Shown: positions 21,083 to 33,580 of the stretch, piece after piece
Layout of the letters: every line of letters starts with the position of its first letter
Numbering within the stretch: the first letter of the stretch is position 1
NCBI RefSeq assembly: GCF_000143415.4
Contig: NW_003314262.1
Coordinates: 4,226,021 to 4,290,020 of the forward strand
DNA: 64,000 nucleotides
From: Selaginella moellendorffii
Lineage: Eukaryota > Plantae > Lycopodiophyta
Direction: 5' to 3'
Notes under the pieces: generated by a model
The model's database searches: none
Seen by the model: only the letters and a program-made list of their open reading frames with translations
Told to the model about the DNA's origin: nothing
Translations under genes and position numbers: made by a program

Positions 21083-23363
21083 TTACGAGGAGGATGCGTG
21101 CTTCGAAACCCATTCCACCAAGGTCCCCACAGCGAATCCAGTCGCCATTTTCTTCTTCTCGTTCCACACGGGTCCGGCGATGTCGAGATGAGCCCAAGGA
21201 ATTTTCTCATCGACAAACTATCCATCCATCAAGAATGGAAGAGATTAGAAGTTCTTCCACAAGAACAAAACGAAAGAAGTACCTGTTTCAAGAAGAGCGA
21301 CGCCGTTATGGATCCGCCAGGACGTCCACCCGTGTTCACCATGTCCGCGATTCCCGACTTCATCATCTCCCAGTAGTTTTCTTCCATTGGCATCCGCCAT
21401 AGCTTCTCTCCGGCGGCGCTTGACGCTTGGGACAGTTCCTCCGCGAGCTCGTCGCTGGGAGTAAACATGCCTGTTTTGCCATGGAGTTAGAAAAACAACT
21501 CTAGGAGAGGACGTTACCTCCAATCTCGTTGCCCAACGCGATAATGCACGCTCCTGTCAAGGTTGCCAAATCCACGATCTGTTTTTGCAAAGAAGTTTAG
21601 CTCAGATACTTGGTAGCTGCAAAAAAGTAGCTTTTACCTTGTCAACCTTGAGGTTGCAAGCATATACAAGCGCGTCCGCCAACGTTAGCCGGCCTTCGGC
21701 ATCAGTGTTGTTTACCTGAAACAACACAATTAAACCATTTGTGTGTTCTCAAAATCTTCGCACCTCAATCGTTTTCCCATTTGAAGCAGTGAGGATGTCG
21801 CCGGGTCTCATGCCCGCACCACTGATCATGTTTTCGCATGCCGCAACTATGAAATGGACCTGCAAGCATTCCCTCAGCACAATTATACGTAGCGAACGTG
21901 TGGAGAGTTACCTCCACTCCGAGAGGCTGAATAGCTCCAAGAGCTTTTGCTGCACCCAAGGCAGCTGCTGCGCCACCCATGTCAAACTTCATGAGCTCTA
22001 TGCTCGAGCCTTGGATCTTCAAATTGTAGCCACCACTAGTTTAGCAAAAACGTTATAGCAAACCACAATAACATGGAAGCAATGAAAGATACCTGTCAAA
22101 TGTAAGTCCCTTGCCAATAATTGCCAGCTTCGTCTTGACATCCCCACTTGGTGGCTTGTACTGCAAATGGATGAACTTCGGAGGATTCACCGAAGCAGCA
22201 GCGACTCCAAGGTAAGATCCCATCTTCAGCTCCTTACACTCGGCTTCGTCAAGAATTTTGGCCGTGAAAACATCACTGTGAGAGGATGCTATACTTACAG
22301 CCTCCTCGGCGAGCGCACCTAGAATTTTCGACCAAAGGTTACGAAGGAAAGAGAGTTTTCCAAGTCTAGAACTTACTAGGCGTAAGAACATTGGCAGGTG
22401 CATTGACGAGCTGCCTTGCTGATATCACTCCAGTGCAAACTTTCACCAAGTTTTGGAGTTTTTTCTCTAGTTCCGGTGCCGACCCAAGGCCCAAAATCTC
22501 CACTCTCTTCAACTTAGGTGCCTTTGGCTCTGATTTGAACCTTGTATCCTCAAAAGATCCCAGAATCACTCCTGCAAACTTAAAACGTTAGAGCGATCAC
22601 GAACAATAGTTCGCGATACCTGAGGTAATGCCGGACGCTCCAGCGTTTGAATCAACTCCTTCTTGATCCAAAGCCGAGAGAACGATACCAACAGAGCTAG
22701 CTTGTGCTGTCTTTGCAGCAGCTGCAATGGATTCCCCAACTCCCTTCCACGGTCTGGCCAGCGAGCTCTTCTCCAATTTGCCAAGCCCGACAAGGCCAAT
22801 CCTCTTGAAGCCCTGCCCGGGGATCCGCACAAACGATGCCTGGCCGGATTTCCCAGTGAAATCCTCCTCCGCTGCGACATCGGCCAGGAGCCCGTTTAAA
22901 TCCTTGTCGAGAATTCCAAATGCCTCATCGCTCATCCCGCCCTCGAACACGGCAATTGCGAGCAAATCCCCCTTCCACTGCGATACGTCCAGCTCCGAGA
23001 CGCGCACTTCCAGCTAGAATCATCACAAAGAAGAAAAGAAAAAGAAATCCCGACAGTCAGCCAAGAGAGATCGAAAAACCTTCGCTCTACCTCTGGAATC
23101 GGCTGCTCCGATGCCTTGGTGAGGCCGACCGTGGCAAGATCAGCCGCTGGAGACGACGAATCGAGCACCGTGCGCGCGTTTCCCACCTTTGTGGACATAT
23201 CGCGCGTCATGGCGGCGTAGCGGAGGCGAGGAGGAGGACGACGATTGGAAGCGCTGGCGCACAGACAGTGTGATGCGGCGCCTAGAACAGCGTCCGCGCC
23301 TAACCTCACAGAAACCCTAGCCAAAACGTAGGCCCGGCCCCAAGCACATAGAGTGGCCGCCAT
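21083..23363 (-). CDS. LAP: M17 leucine aminopeptidase with organellar transit peptide (multi-exon)
   Basis: [41 protein letters not shown] and WAHLDIAGP motifs across short GT-AG introns. Confidence 0.95.
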
Positions 23364-24362
23364 AGCCTATGTTATACTCGCCTTGGCTATATGACATGGT
23401 TCCCAGGGGAAAACGCCGACGTGGACATAAAAGTGCCGCTAGCGTGGCAAAACACAATCACTATGACATGATTAAAGTCCTGAAGAACACCGTCTCGTGT
23501 TTTCCGCCTGACACAAAGTTCATTTCGCCCATGCTAGGCAATTCTTCGTACGATCACCGCAGGCCTAGATCGATCCATTCTCTGTTAGCGAGCGCTAGAA
23601 GTGGAGAACCAAAAAATTCTTACTTCACGCTGCCAAAGTTTTGTCCCGCTCGCTCGAGATCGCAAGTTGCAAATCTGGCACAGTGCCAGAGATTTTAGTC
23701 ATGAAATGAAACAGTGTGTGGCTCCAAGAAGAACTCTTACTGCTGGCCAGAGCTTTCCTCGATCGAATGCGACTGGATAATCAATCCACCAAAGTTTTAA
23801 GACGCTAGAGCGAGATGATCCAAAGGAGCAAAGGCGGTATCTAGTGACAAAGAGATACTTGCTTGGAGAAAAAAGACTCTTACTTCGAGGAACTCGCAGC
23901 GAGCGCTGATTGATGGACTGCTTTTTAAAAGCTCGCTAGCTAGTACTCGTACGTGGATATGTTCTTCCCGAGGAGGCTAGAAGCAAGGAAACAAACAGGG
24001 AATTAGGCAAAAGAAGAGCCTCAATCAGAGCCACCGACCATTCAGTGCATCAAAGAGCTGGCTGTGCGAAAGAAGACACTGGCCTGGTAGATCCGTTCGT
24101 AGTCCATTCCCATCGCCTCTCTCGCCTCGATTCTCGCTCGTTCTACCCCGTTTCTACACGAAATATCAATTGAATATTGCGCAATCGCCAAATCCCTGGA
24201 AAAAAAGCTCTAAGATCATGCTTGCCGGCGCCATTGGCACCTAGATCTAGCGCCAGCGCTCTCAACCTCGACGAGAAATCTCTCGCATTGTCCAGCGCCA
24301 CTCCAAGAGCCCTAAAAATACAAACAAATAGATTCCCACTTTTAAAAATCAAACGTTCCTTC

Positions 24363-26061
24363 CTATTGGTGGCTCCCTTGTTGCTTGCCCGACGCGAAGC
24401 TTACACCGTTGCATGGAGATGCCGACGCCGATGCCAAAAGATTCTCGCCGGTCGATCCACTCCTGGCCGCTGCTGCCGCCTCCAATCTCCTCCACTTGGC
24501 CTCCCTCTTGTCCTCCACCACCTTGTGCTTGGCCTCCTCCTCCTCAAACCTCTTCTGGCACTCGCTAAACAGCTCGGGATCCATCTCTACCAGCATCTTG
24601 CGGACGTTGAGCGTCAAGTTGTGGACCGTCTGGTTCCAGTGGCTCCGGCTGTTCTTCTCCAGCGAGCTGAACACCAGCGGAAGAATCACTTGCCGGTTCT
24701 GCGCAACCAGGTTGACAATGTGATCGTTGTTCCAGAGAAACAGCGCTCTCTCGGCTACCTGTGCGAGAAAGAAAAACCAGTTTTTGTTAGCTTTCGATCC
24801 TGGCAGCGTGAACACTACTGACCTGGAAGTGAGAGCTGTTGAGGCAGCGCGCGAGCTGACGAAACAACGGGACCATACAGCGCTGGAACTCGGCGGCTTG
24901 AGTTCCTTCCAGGATCTCCTCCATCTCGCCCAGGAAGAGCACCTCTTTCTGGCTGTTGACAACGGGCCAGTATTTGAGAAGCCCCCGGATGACCGTGTCC
25001 GCCAGCTTCAGATCCTTCTCCACGAACTGCGTGATGCAGTACGAGAGCTGCTGGTGGTACTGCGACACGAACCTCGGCTTGTGCAGCGGGATGAGCGCCC
25101 GGACGAGGAAGAGCTTGTGTTCTTCCTTGAGCGGCAGCGCGAAGCCGTTGATGATGCTCCCCAGGATCTCGAGCAGCTCCGCGATGCCGTTGTGCCTCTC
25201 GGTCTCGAAGATGAACCGATAGAAGATGTTGTTGATGGCCTTCCGGATGAATGGCCGGTGGACCATGAACTTGCCGTAAATCCTGTGAAGGATGGTCTTG
25301 AGGTAGTCCCTCTCCCTGGGATCGTCCGAGTCGAACAGGTCCAGAAGCCTCAGGACGAAGGCGTGGTCGACGTATCTCTTGGCGATCTTGGCGTCCGTGT
25401 CAGTCGAAACCACGTAGCGCAGCAAAAACTCGTAGACGAGCTGCAAGTGTGGCCATGCAGGATCCATGATCGGCTCCTCCTCCTCTTGCTCCAAGCTCTC
25501 CGACGACCCCGACAAATCCCTCGCGGATGGCGGCAAAGATCGGTGGATGTTGGCTGTGACCATCTTCACAACCTCCTCCGACACCACCTCGTTGAGCTTC
25601 CCCGTCGTCCCCGAGGAGATGTAGTCGACGAGCTCCAGCAGCGTCTGGCGCTTCATCTCTTTCTCCTTTGGATTCTTGGACGAGTCCGTGAAGTCGAAGG
25701 TGATGGAGCAGAGCTTGAGCTTCCGGACGAGTAGCGCTTGGCGGTCGGAGCTGGGAACGTCCTTGAGCGACACTAGCGGATCTGAGAAAGAGGTGGGTTG
25801 TCCATTCAAGGAGCTCTGGAGCTCCAGAGGCTTCGCTTGCAAGCTCTGGTACTGCTGCTGCTGCTGCTGCTGCTGCTGTATCAAAGGGCCGGAGCTACTC
25901 CTATAAGCGGTGGCAGCAGTAGCGCTGGATTTCCCGGCCGCCGCGCCCGCGCGACCATTCTGATGAGCTACCCCATTGGATTTCCTATCCCCGGACGATT
26001 CATTGTCCACTTTGGTCGATGCCGAGAGCTTGGGAAACCAATACCGCCATTTCTTCTTCAT
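24363..26061 (-). CDS. PP2A regulatory subunit B' (B56), intron 24759-24822
   Basis: [60 protein letters not shown]|[11 protein letters not shown]. Confidence 0.97.
25852..25878 (+). repeat. (CTG)9 microsatellite encoding poly-Gln in PP2A B'
   Basis: Nine CTG units, read as Q9 on the minus strand. Confidence 0.95.
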
Positions 26062-26551
26062 CCCTGCGCAGGGCGAGCCTCACATCTAGCAATGTATCCT
26101 TTCCCTGCCGCAGATCCTTGCCCCAGCGGCGGCCTAAAACCCTCAAATTCCGGAGATCCACGCCGATCTTACCTCGCAGCCAGCGAATGCGCGGCATTCT
26201 CCATACCTCGCGAAGAACAGCCGGATCTGTGGCCGGCAGATCCAGCCCATGGGGAGGCGACCCCCGCCGATTCGTGGCCACAGTAGGGATTGCAGCCGCG
26301 GCAGCTCAATCGCGAGCGGATCTTCGCTGCTCGTCCCTCAAACCCTAGGCGCTATCTACCTATCCATCGCAGCCGCAAACAATACTCTAGCAATGAGATA
26401 GAATATATAAGTGATTATAGCCCCAAAGCTCTGGCAAAATAAATGAGAGGATTCTAGATCCTTGGAATCTCCCCCCACGAAAGAAGAGCTCTTCTTCCAA
26501 TCTTGCTTTCGATCGTTCGTTCGTCATGCTACATTTCTCGATCCGGGAGGA

Positions 26552-28636
26552 ATGCCAGCTCCAAGCGCGCAGGATCTCGCGGCGGCGGCGCGGCAGTGCG
26601 GCGGTGCCAGGGATCTCGCCTCCGCCCGACGCCTGCACGCTAGGGTTTGCTCCAGCGAGCACCGTGCGAGCCTCTTCCTCGCGAATCTGCTCATCGAGAT
26701 GTACGGGCGATGCGGCGGCGTGGAGGACGCGCGCCAGTTGTTCCTCTCGCTGCCGGATCCCAATGTTTTCTCCTGGAATATCATGATCCAGTGCCTGATC
26801 CAGAATGGACTCGTCGAGGAGGCAGCGGGGACGTTTGATCAGATGCCGGTCAGGAGCATCGTCTCCTGGAATTCGATGATCGCGGCGAATGCTCACGCTG
26901 GAAACATGCGCCAGGCACTGGATCTCTTCGATCGGATGCCGCAGAAGGACATCGTCTCTTGGAACTCGATCATCTCTGGCTACGTCCAAAACGGAGAAAT
27001 CTCGAAAGCGCTAGCTCTCTTCGATCGGATGCCCGAGCACGATGTTTTCTCTTGGTCAGCGGCGATCATAGCAAATGCCCAGATAGGGAATCTTGCGGCC
27101 GCTGTGATCATCTTCTCCACAATGGCGGAGTGGAATGTGATCGCCTGGAACTCCATGATCACCTTGTACGCGCAGAATGGATTCCTCCGTCACGCCAAGA
27201 GCTGCTTCGATTCGATGCCCGAGCGAGACATGGCTTCCTGGAATGCGATGCTGGCAGCATTTGCCCATGGCGGGATGATCCAAGAGGCGATCGATCTCTA
27301 CCACCTGATGCCACGATGGGACACTCTCTCCTGGAACGTAATGATCTTCGTGTTCGCGGCGGCAGGAAAGATCCACAGAGCCAGGGAGATCTTCGACAGC
27401 CAGCGAGAGAGAAGCCCGAGCTCTTGGAACTCGATGATCGCGGCCTACGCGCAGATGGGCGATTTGGAAGAAGCTCGCAGGCTGCTGGAAGCGATGGCGC
27501 TGCCGGATCCTCTGTCCTGGGCACCACTGCTAGCTGCTTACGCACAGAAGGGAGAGATCGCGGAAGCAAAATCCCTGTTTGATCGGCTGGATCGCAACAA
27601 GAGCATCGTCTCCGCAAACTCGATGATCTCGGCCTACACGATCTCCGGCAAGATCGACGCGGCTGCCACGATCTTCGACCAGATGCCCCAGAGAAATACC
27701 GCTACTTGGAACGCGATGCTCGCGGCGTATGCCCAAAGCGGCGATGTCTCCATCACGACCAGATTCTTCCACTCCATGCCGGCTCGCAGTGTCGTCTCGT
27801 GGACCACCATGATCGCGGCAGTGAGCGAGAGCGGCGATCCAGGCCTGGCCAGGAAGATCTTCGACGGAATGTTGGATCGAAGCACTGTCTCCTGGAACTC
27901 GATGATCACGGGGTATGCCAGTAACGATCTCTCCGACCAAGCGATTGTGCTCTTCCAGCTGATGATCGCGGAAGGAGTCCAGCCCGATGAGATCACTTTC
28001 GTGGCTGCTCTAGCCGCTTGCGCCGACTCGCAAGACTTAGAACAAGGCCAGCGAATCCATAGCATGATCGCGGAGTACGATTCCAAGGCAACTTCCACCA
28101 CCATCGCCACCAGCGTTTCTTCGTCTCTCATCGCCATGTATGGGAAGTGTGGCTGCCTCGAGACCGCTGCTCACGTCTTCCACAGCGTTGCTCGCAAGGA
28201 TCTGGTCTGCTGGAACGCGATGATCGCGATTTACGGCCAAGCTGGTCACATCGTCCGGTCCCTCGAGACCTTTCACAGCCTACACCTGGAAGGAATGCTG
28301 CCGGATCAAGTCACGTTCGTCTGCGTTCTAGCTGATTGTAGCCACGCTGGTCTGCTCGAAGTTGGCTACCAGATCTTCTGCTCGATCACTGTGAGCTACG
28401 GACTATCCTTGCTCGGAGATCACTGCCGCTGCATGGTTGATCTCCTCGGACGCTCTGGCCGGCTGGAAGAGGCCGAGGAGTTGATACGTTCCATGCCATC
28501 CCAGGCGGGGAGCTCCGCCTGGACGAGCCTGCTTGCTTCTTGCCGGATCCATAGCGACGCACGGCGAGCCGCCAGAGCCGGGCGGTATGCTAAAGCACCA
28601 GTTTTGCTCACCAATATCCTCGTCGAAAGTCACTGA
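26552..28636 (+). CDS. PLS-class pentatricopeptide repeat protein, truncated E domain, no DYW
   Basis: Many 31-aa S-type motifs (SWNSMI..YAQ.G..A..LFD.MP); CSHAGL..CMVDLLGRSGRLEEA..W.SLLASCRIH; first in-frame ATG at 26552. Confidence 0.93.
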   Translation: MPAPSAQDLAAAARQCGGARDLASARRLHARVCSSEHRASLFLANLLIEMYGRCGGVEDARQLFLSLPDPNVFSWNIMIQCLIQNGLVEEAAGTFDQMPVRSIVSWNSMIAANAHAGNMRQALDLFDRMPQKDIVSWNSIISGYVQNGEISKALALFDRMPEHDVFSWSAAIIANAQIGNLAAAVIIFSTMAEWNVIAWNSMITLYAQNGFLRHAKSCFDSMPERDMASWNAMLAAFAHGGMIQEAIDLYHLMPRWDTLSWNVMIFVFAAAGKIHRAREIFDSQRERSPSSWNSMIAAYAQMGDLEEARRLLEAMALPDPLSWAPLLAAYAQKGEIAEAKSLFDRLDRNKSIVSANSMISAYTISGKIDAAATIFDQMPQRNTATWNAMLAAYAQSGDVSITTRFFHSMPARSVVSWTTMIAAVSESGDPGLARKIFDGMLDRSTVSWNSMITGYASNDLSDQAIVLFQLMIAEGVQPDEITFVAALAACADSQDLEQGQRIHSMIAEYDSKATSTTIATSVSSSLIAMYGKCGCLETAAHVFHSVARKDLVCWNAMIAIYGQAGHIVRSLETFHSLHLEGMLPDQVTFVCVLADCSHAGLLEVGYQIFCSITVSYGLSLLGDHCRCMVDLLGRSGRLEEAEELIRSMPSQAGSSAWTSLLASCRIHSDARRAARAGRYAKAPVLLTNILVESH

Positions 28637-28699
28637 TATTTTTTTTTTAGTTTTCCATAGATCATAGGCGAGAAGTATCGATGAAGAACACGAAACAAT

Positions 28700-28852
28700 A
28701 TCCTCCGCGTAGAGCTGGAAAACGTTGAATGCTTCGATGCTGCAAACTTGAAAGTTGTAGCAAAATAGACTACCTCTTCCCACAGGAGCAGCGTTTCGCA
28801 GGCGTCAAATTCATATTCCAGTGGCTCGTAGATTTTAGATTGCCTCCTTAAC
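28700..28852 (-). pseudogene. Fragment of GT29 sialyltransferase-like gene
   Basis: [18 protein letters not shown] matches an exon of the gene at 31117-33150. Confidence 0.85.
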
Positions 28853-29128
28853 ATATTTCTATGTCGTGCACAAGTGTGTTTATAGTCCTACTGTGAAGCA
28901 TTCCACTAGGAACTGTAGTGTTCGTCAGCGAATTGTTGTTAACAAGCAAGTAGCAAGAAAAAAAATTGAAGAAAGCACAACATGAGTTTGATAAAACCAC
29001 TGTAGTGTTTGACTCCTCGGAATCCATTTTTTTTATGTTCCCATGCGCTCCACGTGGTTGTGGTAGTATAAAATGGCGCAGTTTCCAGCCTAACTCTCAC
29101 TCCTCTCTAGTGTGTTTCTTATAAGATC

Positions 29129-30441
29129 ATGGCTCTCACAGCAGCTCCAAAGTTCTACAGCATCGAGTCAGTTGCTTATCCTGGCTACTATGTTACTCAG
29201 CAAGGCACCCAGATTGTTCTCAAGTCCAAGGACGCGCTCAATCCCTTCCAGGTAATCCGTGATCCAGATCTCGAACTTATCAAGATCACGTAGAACTGAT
29301 CAAAGTTTTTATCATCTTGGTTTTGATGGGTAACTCTTCTGCAGCTGTGGTACAGGGACGAGTCATGGCAGTTCCTGACCCAGGAGATCAGTGACCTCTC
29401 TGCGTTCGTGTTTATAAACCACGGCTCCAAGAAAGCTCTCCGCTCCCAGGAAATCGCAACTTCTCGACACTTTGCCAAGGTATAGCATCACTGCAAGTTT
29501 GTCTCACTTAAATACGTTTGCTCAAAATGAAATGAAAGGCTACTGTTCGAGACTATGATCCGGCTGTCGAGGACGATTCTCTCCTCTGGTCTGTTAGCCG
29601 AAGCTCGGACGATCAAGTTTCGATCACAATGACTGGGAATTCGTCTGTGTTCTTGAGCCACACTTCCTCAAGTTCCAACTTCAAAGACGGGGTACCGGTG
29701 GTGACATCCACCAGCGGTGGAAGCTCCCGGTGGAAGCTCGTCACTTACGGTAATCCTCTGGACTTGTGGCCAATTCCCTTTGATCTTCTCGTTGTGCTGC
29801 ACAGAGCCTTCTCAAGTGTACAGGATTCTGTGTCACTGGTTTGGGCAGTACTTGACTTGGAAGCAGCAAAATGTGGACGTAACTTTCAAGGATGCAATCA
29901 AGCACAACGACGAGACAAACGTGGTGGCTGTTAGTCCAAACAACATTTCTCTCGACGGCATGGTTTGTAACTTTGATCTGACACTATCATCTTGGATCTC
30001 AAATGTGTTATCATAATAGATATGGTACAAGGTTCCTGCCGGAGGCCGAGACGATACTACGTACTTCACCTCGTTCATCCTCATAAACAAGGTGACTGGT
30101 TTAGCACTGAAAGGGTCGACAAAGCCGGGAGACAAGGTACTCTTTGAAAACTTTGAGGAACTTTGCAAACTAAACTTGGACGATCGTCGCAGGTGCTCTT
30201 GACTCAATATGATCCTCTCGACTACGGTTTCGTGTGGTCTGAGAACCGATTCCAGGCTTCAAACACGGACTATCTCGCAATCAATCTGGATGGAACAAAC
30301 TTGCAGTGGGCTCTGCAGAACGATGATCAGTACCAGAACAGTGCGTGGTACCATCCTCTCACGCTCCGCCCGGCATCTGCAAACCAAGGATATCTTGAGC
30401 AGCAGGCCTGGAAATTCAATCCAGTGGTGGCAGGCAGTTAA
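29129..30441 (+). CDS. Two-domain Euonymus-type (EUL, ricin-B-like) lectin L1, 6 exons, intact
   Basis: Exons 29129-29251, 29345-29479, 29539-29749, 29805-29962, 30020-30135, 30193-30441; motifs QLWYRD..AFVFINHGSKKAL and IWYK..FILINKVTGLALK..QQAWK resemble the EUL consensus. Confidence 0.75.
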
Positions 30442-30490
30442 CCATGAACCATGCTGTACTCATTACCAGTTTTCTTCTTGCAAATAAAAC

Positions 30491-31100
30491 TCCCTGTTTG
30501 ATTATGATCGGCTCGATCATCGTCTCCGCAAACACGATAATCTCAGGCTAATCTCCGGCAAGATCGCCTCAGCTCCCAGAATCTTCGAGATGTCCCGCGA
30601 CTTCGTAAGCCCAAAGCGGCGATGTCTAGATTCTTCCACTCCATGCCGGCTCGCAGCGGCGTCTTGTGCTCCAGGCCTGGCCAGAAAGATCTTGTTTGAT
30701 CGAAGTCCTGTCTCTTGGAACTGTCTCTTGGGTGATCGCGATTTACGGCCAAGCTGGTCGCATCGTCCGGTCCCTCCAGATCATTCACAGCTTCCACTTG
30801 AAAGGAATGCTGCCGGATCAAGTCACGTTCGTCTGCGTTCTAGCTGCGTGTAGCCACGCTGGTCTGCTCGAAGTTGCGTACGAGAACTTCTGCTCCATCA
30901 CTGTGAACTACGGGCTTTCCTTGCTCGGAGATCACTGCCGCTGCATGGTTGGTCTCCTCGGATGCTCTGGCCAGCAGGAAGAGGCCGACGCATGCCATCG
31001 CAGCCGGTGCCTGGACGAGCCTGCTAGCTTCTTGCCGGATCCATAGTGACGCACGGCGAGCTGCCAGAGCCGGGCGGTATGCTAAAGCGCCAGTTTTGCG
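30491..31100 (+). pseudogene. Deleted 3' copy of the PPR gene
   Basis: Collinear with about 27572-28605, with multiple deletions and frameshifts. Confidence 0.9.
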
Positions 31101-31116
31101 TCCTCGTCGAGAGTCA

Positions 31117-33150
31117 CTATTTCCCATGGCTGCGTTGCTCCTCCTGCTGTGGTCTGATGCACACTAGGTCCTCGAGCTTGTTGCCGTCGATCTTGTACAT
31201 GGTGACGCCTTCCATGGCGCGGTAATGGTGTTGAGCTTGACTCCTCAGGGAGTTCACGCTTGTTTTCTCCCACTTTGCGTAGTTTGAGTTCTTGCGGGTC
31301 TCGCTCATGTCTTTTGATCCTGACAGGCGTCCATTTCGAGATGAACTTCCCCATACTTTGCAGTTCTTGAAAGCTCCATGGTCTTTGCCAGGCTTTCGTT
31401 TGAGTCCCATTGCTGCGTAGTAGGCTGCGTTTACTGTCGCTCGGGTCGGAATGACCGACCAGTCTTGCTTTCTGGCTTCTCGCATTGGAGAATGCAGCCT
31501 CATTGTCTGTATACACGGAGACTGTCAATGATAATCCATAGTCGTTCTTCTTACCCCGAGGCACTCCAACAGTTGATAGTAGGCTCTGCCTTGTAGTGGA
31601 TTGTGTCCCTTGCGAGGAGCCGAGAAGTAACGAGTCCTATAGATGAAAAGAATGGTACAATGATAAGAAGTTGGAAGAAGTGTGAGTCAATACCATTCCG
31701 TGTAGCCTGGATCCACCGTAAAACCATACATATCCACCGAGTCACACATTGACAAGGCGAGCTCCAAAGACTTAATGCCTGTCCCTTTCGCTCCCCGACG
31801 GAAAACTACACCTTGGAACAAGTAGACAGGATTCGGAAGAAGCTGTAAAAGATAAAACTCAGTTAGCAAACAGCATAGCAAGCGTCAAAGGCCCTATTAC
31901 TTTTATTTTAGCGTTGAAGTCCCGATGTATAACACTCTTGATAATCAACACTTCATCATCTGCAAAAATCCTCTTTTGCATTAAGCCAGTACTTCGTTCA
32001 TAGACTTCTAGTACGTACCAGATCCCTTTGCAACCTCAAGCAGGTTTCTTACTACTCCACGAGCCATCAATCGAAAACTCCGTTTCATGCCAACATGCTT
32101 TGCGTATTTCTGTGAAAAGAAAGCAACTTTTGCGAGCTCAGTAGTACGCAACCTTTGTGAGGTGATTACCGTGGTCACTGGTGCCTCATTGTCTCGGATG
32201 ACAATATCGTGAGCATCTATCTCCTTTCCAAACTCCGTCTTTAAAAGGTCTCCCGAGTTCCCCACCACCGCACAGGTCCTAAACTGGCGCGGCCAAAACG
32301 GTGGCTTTGGCGGTAGTATCAACTCGAGATGTTCTTCGCACAGGCTTCGATTGGAACAGTTAGCTGCACCCCTGCACAACTAGATTAAAAACTTCCATCA
32401 ACATCAAGCTTAGCTTACAGTTGAGCTATTCGTTTCGCAGCGTAGTCCATCCACCCATCGGGACGTGCATCCAAATACTCGCGAGTCAATATCGTTGTGA
32501 CGTTTCGATACTGCAAACTCAAAAGCGTTATTTGAATCAAGAGCAAAATTTGCAGCAAATTACCTGTTCCCACAGGAGCAGCGTCTCGCAGACGTCAAAT
32601 TCATACTCCAGTGGCTCGTAGATTTTGAACTGCTCATTACGCTGTACCGAGTAAACTTGTAAGCTTCGATCACGCAAAAATATTGCTAGTTACTTACCCA
32701 GGTACTATTTGTTCCCTCCGGATATTTCAGCACGATCTTGCAAGCATCCTTCACGGTTGCAGTCAATCCAAGCCCATTTCTCTCCTGTAAAAAGAAAGCA
32801 TTGAAGCATCACTACTCTCCAACGAAGAAAACAAAGGAAAAAACATATAAGATCGAGAAAACTTACCACGCATTTTTGGACTTGACGCTGGAACGAATCA
32901 AGTGTAGAAGCGTCCCGATCTCGCAAGAAAAAGAAAAATCCCGGGCGCTGCAAGCCTACATTTCTCCCGCAACAAAGATCGATCGATCCACATCCAACAA
33001 TCGCAGCGAGATACCTTCCAAGAAGAAGAGCCCTTGGGGCGCCAGGAACAGGAGGCAGATCAGGGACACCAGCGCCGCAATCGCAAGTGGGAGCGACAGT
33101 AGCAAGGCTCGCTGCCGCCGCTGCTGCTTGGGCGGCTGCTTCCACGCCAT
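31117..33150 (-). CDS. Plant sialyltransferase-like protein (GT29, SIA/MGP2-like), multi-exon, apparently intact
   Basis: N-terminal TM anchor; sialylmotif-like [23 protein letters not shown]; [27 protein letters not shown]; [18 protein letters not shown]. Confidence 0.88.
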
Positions 33151-33261
33151 TTTTCGCCCCCTCCTACGCACGGATCAAGCGAGCTCCTCCCTGTAAACCT
33201 AGCTCGGGGAGCAATGCTCAGCTGTCAGATTAAAGCAGGCTCAGTTAATTAACATGTTAAT

Positions 33262-33310
33262 GGAGGTATAGCTCAGCGGCTGCAGTCCGATAGGTCACCA
33301 GTTCAATCCT
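33262..33310 (+). pseudogene. tRNA-Cys pseudogene with two internal deletions
   Basis: Same as 43487-43558 but missing 12 nt and 11 nt. Confidence 0.9.
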
Positions 33311-33580
33311 TCGCCAATAAATTCTTCTATCAAAACAAATCTGTCAGCGTTGGTCTTTATAAGCTGGACGCCACCATCGATAACCTTTCAGCCAACGCTA
33401 CAAAGTCAGTGTAAGAAGTGTAAGAAGTGTAAGGAAGTGGAAGGCAGTGTGAAACACATGGGATAATGCGAGAGAAGCTTGCCACTATATAAATTGGCAT
33501 ACGTTCAAAGAGCTCTATAACTTCACACTCATCCCTTTGGCTTCTCAAAAGCTTTAGTCTTTTCTTAAGAGTTTAGAGAC

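Noticed and set aside
24727-25734. 335 aa plus-strand ORF
   Set aside because: Antisense shadow of the GC3-rich PP2A B' coding region.
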